Shown here: positions 13,870 through 28,800 of the stretch, piece after piece | Layout: every line of letters begins with the position of its first letter | Numbering within the stretch: position 1 is the first letter of the stretch | Source of the DNA: Octopus bimaculoides | Taxonomy: Eukaryota | Length of the DNA: 64,000 nucleotides | Reading direction: 5' to 3' | Assembly: GCF_001194135.2 (NCBI RefSeq) | Contig: NC_068984.1 | Span: forward strand, 105,098,103 to 105,162,102 | Notes under the pieces: generated by a model | The model's input: the letters and a program-made list of their open reading frames with translations, nothing else | The model's database searches: none | Told to the model about the DNA's origin: nothing | Translations under genes and position numbers: made by a program

Positions 13870-16800
13870 TCATCATCATCATCGTTTAACATCCACTTTC
13901 CATGCAGGCATGGGTTGGACAGTTTGACTGAGGACTGGTGAGCCAGATGGCTGCACCAGGCTCCAATCTGATCTGGTAGAGTTTCTACAGCTGGATGCCC
14001 TTCCTAATGCCAACCACTCTGAGAGTGTAGTGAGTGCTTTTACGTGTCACTGGCACAAGAGCCAGTCAGGCGGTGTTTTTTACGTGCCACCTGCACAGGA
14101 GCCAGTCCAGTGGCACTGGCAACGACCTTGCTCGAATGTTGTCTTTCACGTGACACTGCCACAAATGCCAGTAAGGCGAGGCTGGTAACGATCACACTCG
14201 AATGGTGCTTGTTCCGTGCCACTGGCACGGAAGCCAGTCAGCAGCCCTGGCAACGATCACACTTGGATGATGCTCTTAGCGCTCCACTAGCACAGATACC
14301 AGTCAAGTGGTGCTGTCATTGAATTTGATTTCGATTTCACTTGCCTCAACATGTCTTTGCAAGCAGAGTTTAGCGTCCACAACTCTAGTAACATTTCTAC
14401 ATCAGTGTTTATTTTCAGTAACTTGTCTATTAAAGTATAGCATGCATTTCAAGTTATACCAAAACGCTTCTTTTATGAGATTTCAAAAGATACTTGAAAG
14501 TGGTCTTGTCCTGCTCCACCACTTGATAACTGGTGTTGGTGTGTTTACATTCACATAACTTAGCAGTTCAGCAAAAAAGGACCAATAGAATAAGTTTCAG
14601 GCTTATCAAAAAAAATATGTCCTGGGTTTGATTTTTTTTACTAAAACCCTTCAAGGTAGTTCACCTACATGGCTGTAGTCATATGACTGAAATGAGTAAA
14701 AGATAAAAGATATGTATTTGAACACCATATTTATACTTTAAACTTTTACAAAAAGTTTCTGTGTAATCTACTTGACTGGCTAATATATGGAAGTCAAATT
14801 CTCTCCCAATCAAATTTTTATCCCATAAATTTTAGAGTGATACTATAATTCTTCACTTTTAGAAGGGTATGCTCATTTGAAACCAGCTGTTAAATGACCA
14901 TCTATTCGTATGAAAATATTTTGCTAATTTCAACTCACCAAATTTAGGAGGAGTAAAATGGTTCTATGCTTGTTATATGTGTATAATTCCCAAACTAATC
15001 ATAATTCTTGCCATCAATATAATCTTTTGTCATTCCATTTCATTATCATAGTTTAATATCTGTCTTCCATGCTGGAATGGGTTTGACAGTTTGACAAGAT
15101 CCAATGAGCAGGGAGACTATGTTGGGGTCTACTGTCTGTTTTTGGCACGGTTTATACAACTGGATGCTCTTCCTAGCCACCTAAAAAATAGTGTACTGGG
15201 CACTTTTTACATGGCACTGGTACCAATGAGGTTGCCAAGTAACTTGCAAGGTAATGAAAAGACCCTTCAACTAAGTGGGGTTGTAGCAGAGAAGGAGGTG
15301 GCTTTAGGCCAGAGGCTAAAGTATGATAAAGAGACATGTATAGATGTCATGCTGTAGGGGTGATACATGGATATTTCACATGATACAAGCATGGGTAGAA
15401 GTAGCTGGAAAGAAGACAATAATACAAATTCTAACTAACCTTGTAGAAATGGTAGAAAAATATTTGGTCTGAATTAATAAAAGTCAGTGGTATGAAGTGA
15501 AATAATTCCTAGTTGAAAATTGTAAGTGGCTTCAGTCCTCATTATCAACAAATGAAATATTAACCATATTATTTCTCTCAACATTTTGCTTTCCTTTTTT
15601 TTCTTCCTTAATGAAATAGAAAATAAAAATAATTGTGGCTTGAAACCAACAAATCTTGTTTCATGTTATTTGTTTCAATTTAGTGATAATGAAGAGATCA
15701 TGCCTCTTAGGATTTGCATATCATTTGTTTAAATAACTTTAGTTTTTCATGCTATTTCTAGTAGGAAAAATTAGGTTTATGCTGGCATTTTAATAGAGGT
15801 AAAAATTGAAGAGCAAAGCCATGAGGTACATTTATAACATTTTCCTTTTTCAAAACAGTATACAATTATAATTATTTGTTACTTGTGTTTATATATAGAA
15901 TATTTTATTTTCAGGATGACCAAGCTAGTTATGATGTAAATGACCACGATCCAGATCCAACACCACGTTATGACTATACAAATGAAAATAGGTAAGAGAG
16001 TACTCAAAAAATAAATATATATAAAATTACATAATTGTTAAATATTTTAACGAAATAGTAATTGGAAATGGTGAAAGCTTCAAGACTGATTTAAGTCATC
16101 CTTTTGAGTGATTGAATATTAATGGTATTGGTGGAGAAAGGGCAACAGATATGTCAGGACAATATAAGGACTTCGGGTTGGTAATAATATCCTACATTAA
16201 AGACTCAGTCCTCCTGCAGGTATGGTACATGACTATGATGTTTACTTTGCAGCCATTTGGTTGTAGGTTCAATCCTACTTTGTGGTACCATAGGTGTTTT
16301 CTACTATAGCCTTGGGTTGACCGATTACTTGTGAGTGAAATTTGGTACATATGGAAACTGTGTGTACACACACATACACACACACAATGATAGGTAGGTA
16401 GATTGATAGATAATTTTTGTCTTTTACATATTTCTGCCATTGGATTGTGGCCATGCTAAGTATCCCCTTACTGAGTTTTAGCCAAATGAATCAACTCCAG
16501 TACTTTCTTTTTTTTTTTTGGGCCTAGTACTTATTCCATTATCCTGTTTTACCAAACCACTAAATTATGGGAATATAAACATACCAACACCAGTTGTTGT
16601 CTCTCACACCCACACACACATAAATGGTATGCTTCTTTCAGTTTCTAACAAATCCACTCACAAGGCTATAGAAGAAGACACTTGCCCAGTGTGCTACACA
16701 GTGATTGGGAAGCAAAAACACAATATATGTTTTTATATGCTACTTTTAGTTTCATGTGCTGAGAACATGCCAAACATTGTTTTATCTCTCACAAGATGGA

Positions 16801-19800
16801 ATACTTTTTTTGTTGATCTTACCATCATGGAACAATACACACACATGTACACACAAGTATAACATGACATTAGTTTTATTAGTTTGATACTGGATGAACA
16901 AAGAAATTTTAGACTTTTTAGACTTATTTGTCCTTTGTAGGAAATAAAATATTAAACAAAAGAGTTAATCCACAAGAGTTTGAGATCAATTTTGTTTTTT
17001 TAATTTGACAATAATAAGAGGAAGAAAGTGTTCAGTGCTGGAGAGTAGATCAAGGGAGGTAATGTTGATTGTGTCTATGTTGTCTGTGTATGTTTCGTGC
17101 ATTTATTTTAAGTGTACACAATTTGTGTGAGTGTGTTTTTCCTGTGTATAGTTAGTATATATATATTTCATTATGTACTATGAGTACATGTTTATCTGTG
17201 TGAGATTGTTGAAATGTGATGGCTTAGTGTTACTACATGTTTTAAGTTTAGTTTTGTAAATTTGAAAAGTGGTAAAAGTTTAGAATTTGAATTGTATGTT
17301 TGGAAAATTCCAAGCAGAAAAATAAATTCCTGTTCTCTTTGTAGATGAAAGATCAGGAATCGAGTATATAAAGCTAAAACAGAAACAATTTTCACAAATC
17401 TCTCTATAAAACTGTCAGCTAATCATCAGCCAGTTTTGCCCAGTATTACTGATTTTCATAGAGTATATATTTTAAGTTGTCTATGAGGACCTTGGTGGTG
17501 CAGGTGTAACAGTTTGAAGCATGGAATGAAGGGTTGGTGAAGAATGGGCAAGTGTAGAAATGGCTGCATGAAAAGAGAATAGCCAACCTTCTTGTGTGGG
17601 ATGGTGAGGAGAAGAGCTATTGATCAGTAAGTCATGCAGATTGCTGGCATATTTAAAAGAGGGGAGGAGTAGATTAGGAAAGGGGTGAGATGTGGCAGGG
17701 CTTAATAAGGGAAGTTTGAAATGTTGAAGAATGATACACTGGAGCAATAAGTTAGAGAGATTGTAAATGATGACAAAGATGAGGAGTTGATCATGGTGCA
17801 GATGAGGAGTGTGAGGATGGTAGTGTAGTAGCTTCTTTGAGCATGGGAGCAAGCTTGGACTGGAGGTTTTGATGTGTAAGGAGATGTAATTGTGTTTAGA
17901 TTGGATGTCTGGAGGCAAAGTAATTGAAGGTAGAGAATAATGTGTTTGGTAGTGGTGAGGAAGATGAGAAGAAAAGTTCAAGTAGGACTGAGGTTTGTAA
18001 AAGATAGATGACAATGGTGAGTTGAAACAGTTGATAGAAATTGAAACAAGTATGAGACACAACTGAATTTGAAAGTAGGGCAGAAGCAACAGACAAATAA
18101 AATATTGACTCATTAACAGTCACATACACAACATACCTGCTGTTTTCTATCACATCATATATAAATATCTCTACTATTCAACAAACACAAGCATGCACAT
18201 ACATGAACACAGAAACACATCAGTTCTAAGCATTATCACAATTCAACAAACACTCATTCACGCACACATCTACTATTGACACAAGCATACATAGTCAACA
18301 TTACTTCCATTTGTAAACTCTCCAACATTATACACCACTTTCTTCTGCTTTTCAGTTTTTGCTTCACTCAAAAGAATGGCATTTTCATAAATGTGGATTA
18401 ACTCTTTTTTTTTTTTGCATTCATTTTTTTTTTTCTGTTTTTTTGTTTTGATGGAAGACAAATAAGTCCAACATATCAAGCATTTCTTTCCATGACTCAT
18501 CCACCCTCAAATTAATACAACTTTGTGTTATTCATTGTCTGTAATATTCTACATTTGATTATATTCTCCACACTGATGCAGACAGACTGACATACCTATT
18601 CTAAATTACCTCCTGGATTACCATTTTAGATTTCTTTGGATTATCATCACTTATAACAATTATCTCTAGGTCTTTATTTACCTTCTCTATCTGCAAGGGA
18701 AACTGCAAAAACTTAAGAATTCAATGTTATCATGGACAGTATTCAACACTTCTATTGGCTGGTTTTGCATGTGTGTGTGTGTGTGTGAATAGGTGTGTCT
18801 TATGATATATTGTTATTGAGTTTGTATTTTAACACCAAAAATGGACTTGGCTGTTTAATAAATTGTCTGACCAAATACTAGTGATGTTGATGTTACAACC
18901 TTTGAAGGTGCTACCTCACAATGGTTGCATTCTAAAGACTGAAACTTGTAAGATTTAAAAAATTACATGAAATATAGTTGGGTTGCATTATTTTTCAGAT
19001 TTTTAACTTGTTTTAAGGCAACTCTAGTGTCACCTTACTATTGTACTTACATTCTTGATCACTTATTCTTAAATGTAGCACAAAACATTCTGCCACAATA
19101 TTTTCTGAGCATTTAAGATCTCTTTGCATTTTATTGATTGACAAAAGTAATGTTCAAAGAGCTGTGGAGTGGATTTAAATTTGAAATAAGTAGTTTAAGT
19201 TATTTTGTGTAACTATTTTTTCTTGCATTTCAGACATGGTACAAGGTGTGCAGGTGAAGTTGCTGCTGAGAAAGATAACCTTATATGTAGTGTAGGTGTA
19301 GCATATGATGCCAGTATTGGAGGTAAGCTACAACAAACATGTTATCTTACAAGAAACTTTTTTTTTTTTTAAATAAAAGCAAAAAAAAAACCTCTTCCAA
19401 TCCTGAGCAAGTTCTATGGCAACAATGTACCTGTTCTATTTTCCAGGCGTTCGAATGCTCGATGGTGATGTAACAGATTCTGTTGAAGCTCAATCATTAA
19501 GTCATAATCCACAACACATTCATGTATACAGTGCTAGTTGGGGACCTGATGATGATGGTCGAACTGTTGATGGACCAGCTACTCTAGCAAGGAAAGCCTT
19601 TTTTGATGGAATCACAAAGGTAACATTAATAATTTAACCTAAATAATTTGACATTCTGAAAGCACATTTGAATGGCCCACTGATAACACATTTTCTTCAA
19701 TTCTTCTTGCATTATTTTCTTATATTTGATAAGCAGAATCACTCCTAAAATACAATAGAAGCATTAAACAACTTATGTAAGGTAACAAAATAGCTTGTCT

Positions 19801-22800
19801 TTATCTTTACTAATTGGCATTGCCTTACATATTTTGCCTAACTTCTCACCAGTTTTGCTTAAAGGTCCTTTTAAAAATATTTATATCATCTTTACAATAT
19901 TTCAAGCAAATTACAACACAATTTAACACTTTTTTTTTTAATACTAACTTAATATCATCATTTAATCATAGACATTGTTATATGTGGAAGTTACATAAAC
20001 TTCTAAAATACTTTGAAAATAGTATTTCTTTTCATTTTGTGAAAATTACAATTTAATCAGTCTTACTGTGTTATAAAGCCTTTTTTCTTCCTTTTTTTTT
20101 GTGACAGTCAATATTTGCAGACAAGATTTCAGTTAATCATTACTGAATGATTTTGTATTGTCTAACTTCAAAATACTAACCTGTGTTAAATTGTCCTTTT
20201 TCTTTTGAAGCAGTGCAAGATTAAGCATCTCTGTGTGTGAAATCACACTGTATAATCTGTGCAATGGATTAAATCCAAGCTGTTTTACAATGTTAGTAGT
20301 AAATAGACTCAGTAGTAATAATAGTAACTGCTGCTGCTACAAGATCACACACGCATACACACATAGTATAGTAGGCTTCAGTTTGCTTTGGGTCTTTTTC
20401 CCCAGCGGACTTGATAGCACAACACGTTAATGGCAGTGTTTAGTATATCATTTTTACATTCTTCATGCAAATTTCACTGAAGCTGGCTTTGTTTTCCATC
20501 CTTCTGTGGCCTGTTGGTTGATGTAAGTGATTGTTCTTTTCCCTAAAATAAGTTGCATTGTGTCTAAATTAAAAGTCATTCTTAGAATGTTATTTTAAAT
20601 GTGAGTGATTTTGGTAGACAGAAACTGAAAGAAGCTTTACAAATATATGTATATGTGTGTACGTGACTGTGTATGCATTAGTGTCTCTTGTCTTGACATC
20701 AAGAGGTAGTTGTAAATGAGCGTCACCAGTGTTCTTCATTTCCAGTTTTTCATGAAAACACATTTAGCCTTGGGAAAATATTACATTACTTGGAAACAAG
20801 TAAGGGTTGGCTACTGGAGGGGTTCTGGACATAGGAAATCCACCAAAGAATTCCATCTGATCCATATAAGCATGGAAAACTGGACATTAAAATGATGATT
20901 ATTCTCACTGTGTGATCTCTTTATTTTACATTGTTTGGTAAAAATATTTATTTCATAGACCATGCAGATGAGTCTTATGTTTAGCTGCTGTTCTAGAGTT
21001 CCAACATGCCCTACTCAGGTTGACCTATGGCACATTAATAGGTAAATGGACTAATGCAATCCACTGATCCTAATATATCATGACCTACACTGTTGTCCAA
21101 TCTGCTCTTTTGTAACTGTAAAATTTGGTAGTGGTTACAAAATACACTAAATGAGTGTTTCATGCCTATGTAAGTGCAATAGATATACTATAGCTTGCAA
21201 TGTCCTGCACATCAAATTATCAGGTGCTAAGTGATGATAATACTAGACACAAGTGATATATTAGCTACTATGATAAAACAACTTGTTGCAATGAAAGTTT
21301 TTATGGTCACAATCAACCAAATAAATTTGAATGTCATTTAGCAGATAGAAATACTTCTTCAATTCCATTAAAAGTCTGTCATGAAAGTCAGCATGGACCA
21401 GTAATAGGGATGTTAGAATCTAGAAGAGTTGGATCAAATCTAATCTTATGTAACAAGTACACTTTGGTTCCACCTTCTATATGTTTCAGATTTAGACAGA
21501 ATTAGGCAATGCTAACACTAAAATATTTTTGTCAGCTCTTTTATTGCAGTGGTCTTTATTTTGTTCCAAAGTCTGGGGATTTATTTATATATTTTTCAAG
21601 ATTTCCTGCTTTTTCCATCACTTTACTCTAGCTTTTGCACCATAATGTTGTCTTCATTGTTATATTTCTTTAGCTTACCTGTCTATTTGCAGACCATTCA
21701 GTGAATCAGCTATATCAGTTTGCTCATAAATTTGTTGTTAATATTTAAAATTTTTGTTGGTTTCTTATAACAGAGGTTGGCATCCTATGAACTTTTTGCC
21801 AGCATATTTTAAAATTTCTGTAGTGACGACATAACAACCTTGAACATTTAATATGGTGCTTTTTGTACCTCCTCCAACTGCAGAAAGTTACAGTGTGTGT
21901 GCCTGTGTTCATGTTCAAAGTTGTGTAATATCTGCAAAGAATTTGATTTATATAACACCCTGTGTGTTCAGAACTGTTGTAAGTGTTCTGAAAACAGTGG
22001 TTATTTTACTCTATTCTTTCAAGACTCTTGATTCACCTTTAGACTGGTTCCAAGAGGCCTTTAACATGACCTATGACTCATCTTTTGATTGCAATTATTG
22101 TGGTTCCAAGGTCCTTTCATATTTCATAAATGTAGCTGACTGTTCACACATCATTGACGTCTCTCTTGAATTTTGTTTGCTTAGCAGAAAGTCTTCTGTT
22201 GTTTGTAACATGTAAAAACTGTAACAGTTTTTACATTCCTCTCTATGCTTTCAGCAGTCTGGGTTATTGTTTAATCTCAGGTCAGCCCTCATCGAACAGA
22301 CCTATTGTCAAAAATACTCCAGAGTGATCATTTCATCATCTTTTCAGACATGTCTGGGATAATAATATCCAATGTATCCTTCTCTTTTTTAAGATGGTAA
22401 TATGTGATTTGAGAGAGTTTGGCTGCTATTTCTAGCAAGCTGTACAATCATGTAGAAGATCCCTCTTTTTTTACCTTTATTGATTTTTGTTACCCATGAC
22501 TTTTGCAGGCCTTCTATGGCTAATGCGACTGTTAATATTCCTTTTGAATAGCTGCAAACTGACAGCTGCAGGGAAAGAATTCCTAAGGCATGAGGAGGAA
22601 GGAATAGGTACAGTGTTTAATGCAGAGCCTTGCAGTATACCATATGGATGCTTAGACACTATAAGGAGGTTGAGAGGAGAAATGAATGAGTTGGGTATGT
22701 CTAAGTAGAAGTAGATTGAGTTCAGGTAACTCAAAGGATGAAAGGCCACTAGAATAGCTGTAGAAAAGACAGTGAAAGACAGCACACCTGTAAACTAGAG

Positions 22801-25800
22801 GTTGAAGTATGTTGATTCCTATCAATTAGTCAATGGATTTTTTTTTCTGGTTGAAGTGGTCTTTAACAGCTGGTTAACTGAAATAGTTAGTTAGTATTTC
22901 TTGTAGCTCTTAGTCTTTTTTTTTTCTGTTTCATGGTTTGGTTATAACATTATAAATATGTTTTAATATTTAAATTTTCAATGAATTTGTGTCATTTGTC
23001 TTTTTTTAACATATCAAATATATTCTAATATTCATCCTCATCATCATTTAGTGTCCATTTTCCATGTTGACATGAGTTAAGCAGTTTGACTGGAACTGTG
23101 CCTCTCACGTGTCACCAGCACAGGTGCCTCTCAACATGTCACCATCACAGGTGCTTCTCATGTGTCACCGGCACAGGTGCCGCTCATGTGTCACCAGTCA
23201 TGACTATGATTTGACTTGGCTTGATGTGTCTTCTCAAGTACAGCAAACTTATAAAGGCCTTGATTACTTGTTATTGCCTCCATGAGACTCAACATCTGAA
23301 GATTTTGCTTCACCACCTCGTCCCATGTCTTCCTGGGCCTACCTCTTCCACAGGTTCACTCCACAGTTAAAGAGCGGCACTTCTTTATGCAACTGTCCTC
23401 ATGACCATACCAGCACAATCTTCTCTCTTGCACACCACATCTGATGCCTCTTATACCCAGTTTTACTCTCAAGTTGCTTACAGTTTGTCGTACTGACATT
23501 GCACATCCAACAAATCTTCATTTCTTTCAAGCCTTCACGTGTCCTCTGCAGTCAGCCCATATTTCACTGCCAAAGTTTAAGCTTAGAATTTCCCCATACA
23601 CAGGATGCAAAACATTTGGAGAAAATACTGCACTTCTCTAGAAGTGCTTGGAGATGACACAGATGATTCAAGAAAACAACCATAATCTCTTTATAACTAA
23701 CTGTATTTTCATATTAGTTTTAGCTTGTTGAATGTAGCCATTGAACTTATAAAAAAATGTATTGATTTGTTTGTTTACTTTTTTATTTTAGCAGTATAAT
23801 GGAATTTGCATAGTTTTGATCAGTTTTTTTTTTGGGGGGGGGGGGGTATGGTGTTGTAATAGAAATATGATTATGATTTCTATCATTGGCATAAAGCCAA
23901 ATATTTGTCATGAAAAGTTAGAAACTGAATCAGCCAATACCAGCAAGAGCTGAAACCAGAATGTCTTGAGAGAGTGCTAAATATTGTAAGAAGGCATTTT
24001 ATCTGGTGTTGCATTATTTTTGTCACCCAAATATCTAATGACGCTTGACCTGCTAGAAATAGCAGCCAAATCCCCCTCAAATTGCAGTTGCTCATCTCCT
24101 CAAAAGGACACTTTAGTTAATACCTGGATAAAGATCAAATGATCATATCTTTGATTATAAATATGTTCAATCGGGGCTAGATTAGAGCTAAGCAACAACA
24201 AAATCCTGGTGATTATTTTAATGAAAATTCATTCAGGGGATGCAACTCCAATCAAGTGTTATTTTCCTTTAATGAGCATCTATCTCTTCATAGTATTGAA
24301 ATGTGGGCAATAATTAACTCATCACTAAACTTGCAAGGTGAGGAATTAGAACTACTCTAAATTATAGCTCTCACCACTAAATGAAATCATCTGCTATTGC
24401 TCATCTTTCAAAAGACAAAGAATAAACAGATTAAAAATTATTACAGCAATCCTCATAAATAAACCAAAATATCTGAGCAACATTCAGTAAACAGACAAAC
24501 ATACCTGAGTTCAACCTATGAACTGAAAAGTTCATAGGCTGACCAAGATACTCTCATGGAATGTGGCCAAATTCAGTCCACACATTTCTTCCATTGGTGT
24601 TGCAGTGCTTGGATTCCATTGGCAAAGAAGCTTTCATGACATTGGTCAAAAAGGTCATCAACAGCAGTTATACTGTCATCACTGCAGTACTGGTTCCCAG
24701 CCAAGTGTTTTTTTTTTTATGTTGGTGAACAGATGATAGTCAGATGGGGCCAAATCCAGAGACTAGGGATCACCCAGTTGAAAGCTACAGTCATGCAAAG
24801 CAGCCATTAAAACTATGGATTTGTGTGCTGAAGCATTGTCCTGACAAAACAAGACCCCTTTCTTAAGCTTTCCTGGTCTTGATAGCCTTTTGTAACTGCT
24901 TTAGCAAGTTGTCGTAGTACTCTTCATTGATAATGTGGTCCTTTTGAAGATAGTCAATAAATACAATGTCTTTTGCATCTGAAAAATCAGGTCACCACTT
25001 TGACCATCTTTCGAGTAGGTGAGGATGGGTGTTTTTTCTGCATGGATTATCTCTTTGTCTCTGGCTCAAAGTGATGAACCTAATACTCATCCTGGGTTGG
25101 GAAACATTCAAGGAAACTAGCTGAATCTGCCTTAATGTCAGATTTTCTTGTTATGTGATCAGCCTGGTGCACTTTGAACCTGGTGTCAGAATATGTGGCA
25201 CCCACCGAACAGAAATCTTTGTCATGCCAAGTTCATTGTGCTAAATATTCTCAACTCTCTCTTGGTATATGTTAATAGCATTAGCTATTTGATTTATAGT
25301 CAATCGCCTGTCATCCATCACCATGTGGTAAACATGATCAATGTTTTCCTTGGTGATGGCAGCTGCAGTATTTCCAGACCTTGGGTCATTTACAAGACTC
25401 TCCCTTCCCCTCTTAAATTCAGCTGCTCACTTTTGCACTGTTGATAAAGCTTCAGTTTCTTCCTTTAAAGCAGCAACCATGTTAGCATGAATGTCCTTGG
25501 GGTCTAAACCTTTTTTCTGCAAGTATTTGATGACACTATGATGCCAAATTTTGTCCAGTTTCAAGAGAAGTTGCTACTAGTTACTTTTGATGTCTTCTTC
25601 GAACAATCAGATGTCAGTTTAGGTGGAAAGAAACAGTGCAATTATTATTAAGAGAAGTTGAAATTAATGCATGCAAGATTTCACAGCTCTAACATCACTC
25701 CTTCATAGTCAACCTATGAACTTTTCAGCTCAACCTTGTAGACCAACTTATCTGAGTATCACTCAGCAAATAGACCAATGTATCTGAGTAACACTCAGTA

Positions 25801-28800
25801 AATACCAACATATTTTAGTAACACCCAGCAAATAGACTAACATATCTGAGTAATACTCAGTGAATATAACATATCTGAGCAACACTTTAGACTTTATTGC
25901 ACCAGCTGTTTTACATACTCTGTTAGTATATGCTCAGTTAGTACATTCTTTGTTAGTCAGTGCTCATGTGATCTGTTATAACAAATGAGAAAACTAGTAA
26001 TTTATAGAAAATGCGCAGGTATGGCTGTGTGGTAAGAAGCTTGCTTCCCAACCACATAATTCTGAGTTTAGTCCTACTGTGTGGCACCTTGGGCAATCGT
26101 TTTTTACAATAGCCTTGGACCGATCAAAGCCTTATAAGTGGATTTGGTAGACAGAAACTGAAAGAAACTCATTATATGTATATATTTGTGTGTGTGTGTG
26201 CCCCACTATTGCTTGACAACCATTGCTGGTGTGTTTACATCCCTGTAACTTAAAAGTTTGGCAAAAGAGATTGGTAGAACAAGTACTAGGCTTACAAAGA
26301 ATAAATCCTGGGGTTGATTTCTTCAACTAAAATGACTTCACTAAGTTGATATAATCATCTCTGGCTTCATAAATTCAAATATGAGAGAGAACAAGAGATT
26401 GTGCTATTCTAACTAATATCTGTTGAAAGTTTTTAGTTTATAGGTAGATAGAACATGCTAAAGGTTAATTATTTTTGTTTATATTAAGGTACATGAACTT
26501 TTACTAAATCTTGTTATATCATGTATCCTCAACCAATGCCATAAAATCTTTTTGTATGACTTTTATTTATATGTAAATGTAGTTATCATAATTCATGTCA
26601 TGTTTGGAAAATGTTATCCACAACACCTAGACTACTACAGACTCTTTTTGATAAACTTAGTATCATCTAAAATATCAGCTGACGTTAAGATATAATTGTT
26701 GTGAAAACAATGGTATTTACTTCATTTTAGGTTATAATTCTTTATCATATTTTGTCTTTCTTTTTTAGGGACGAGGAGGTTTGGGATCAATATTTGTCTG
26801 GGCTTCAGGCAATGGTGGCCGGGATGGAGACAGCTGCAACTGTGATGGTTACACCAATAGTATTTATACCTTATCTATCAGCAGTGCAACTGAAAATGGT
26901 AATATTCCATGGTATTCAGAAGCCTGTTCATCCACACTAGCAACCACTTACAGTAGTGGATCCAGTATGGAGAGACAGATTGTAAGTTGTTTTCTTTGTC
27001 AAATACTATTTTCAAATAGAACTGCTCTGGTGTTTGTTTGTTTTCTTACCTTTTTCAGAGAAATATTCATACATGAATTCTATATTTTGAGGAGCTTATT
27101 TGTTAAAAGTTCTTCAGTTTATTGGTCGTTAAACTCTTGCTCATCTTCCGTTGGGATTCAGGTTGATGTAAGTGCAAAACCAGAAGCAATCAAAACTTTT
27201 TCCTGATTATTAAAATATTATTTACCAAGTGAAAAACAGAACATGTGTAAATAATATTTTGTTCCCTAACCGAATGAACATATTTGTGTTTTATTTGATT
27301 AAAAATAAAATCATTTTCTACCTTTTTAGCAAAAATATTGAAGTGACTTTAGCAGTGTTTCATCTTGAATAGTAGCTCATTTTTGCATTGGTTCAGTCTG
27401 TAGAATGTGATTTGTAGCTAGGTTCTCTAAAGCGCTAATGCACATAATATGCCTAAGAATAGAAACAAATATTTAGTTCTAACCGTTTAATTTTCATTAC
27501 TTTTTTTATATATTTACCTCATTTCAAGCAAAATATACCTCTTATGCACAAACTTTCACTTCTCTTCCAATTCTGCCTTAATAACTGTGTTACTCCAGAA
27601 CAGTGGAAATAACCAGTAGTATTCCCCTGTTCAAAAAAAGCACATCATCTGTCAATTATTCTGTCAGTCTCATTAGCTGCATCACCAAATTGGTGGAATT
27701 CTTCTTCAGAGAGACACACTGAAATTTCTGGAACTCTTGTTACTTTATTTGACTTTCATAATTGGATTTATCTTTCACTCCAGCTGCTGTGGTTAACTCA
27801 TCAAATTTCTTGACACCAACCAAATCACTGATGCTAGCTCACAGCTGAATGTTATCTGGCTCAATTTGGCAAAGCTCTCTGCAATTGACATGAGAATTAA
27901 TTTTGATAACTGGTTGATGTCTTTGATAAAAGTTTCATTGCAGCCTATGCAATGAAATCTGATTCCTGCAGGGATTTGTTCTTGGGCTCCTGTTATTTGT
28001 GACATATTAACAAAGCAGAGGCTAACTTAAAGCAAGTTTCTGTGTCAAAATACACAGATATCATTAAGCTGTATTTTGAGATAAGACAAACGGATCCTAT
28101 ATGCTATAGATCTTGCCTGCAGTTTGACCTAAACACATTGCAGTAATGGATTGCTGACTGGCAACTCAAAGCTGGCTGTAGACAAGTGCATCACTATACA
28201 TTCTTGGGAAGAAAATCTTGGAATTTACTTACTCCCTCCACAATATTAAGATGTTTGTTGGTGCAGATGACCTAAGCATTATTGCCAACAATAATCTACA
28301 TTAGATAAACCAGATTTTTAAAATCATAAAAAAGGGTAGAACTAGTTACCTATTTAAAGCTATATTTGGTTATCATATGTTCCACACTTAAAGTTTACAT
28401 CTCTAGTTTGGAACCCCTTATCCAGAATAATGATCTACCAGAAGCTGCTCAGAGACATGCAACCAGATGAATACTCTCTTTCAGTCACCATATCTTAAAC
28501 ATATTACTTTCCTAGGAATCAACACACTAAAGCTTTGACATCTAACTGCTGACTTGGTAGAAGTCCACAAAATTATCCAATTACAACTTTGGCCACCTTT
28601 TTGAATATTACCTTGTGAACACACTTATAAAATCAGGAAACAACAAGCACCCAAGACTTTTGAAAACAGTTATTCACTCTCAGAATTGTTGAAGCATGGA
28701 TTAAACTACCCACTTCAGTTCTTAGCTGTTAGAACATTGTAGCCTTTAAAACTTTCATACTTCTTGAAATTTGTCAACTTCTAATGTGCCTATGCATCCT

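Noticed and set aside
19416-19446. In-frame ATG ([10 protein letters not shown]) upstream of exon E as an alternative start
   Set aside because: It lies in the polypyrimidine tract of a 124-nt intron. The product would lack the signal peptide, catalytic Asp and catalytic His, and there is no promoter evidence.
24462-25886. Palindromic ~32-bp repeats as a CRISPR array
   Set aside because: Units are directly adjacent with no unique spacers, are degenerate, have no cas genes nearby, and lie in a eukaryotic intron.
26013-26085. tRNA gene
   Set aside because: Only an A-box and a degenerate B-box, no cloverleaf, and it continues into a SINE body.
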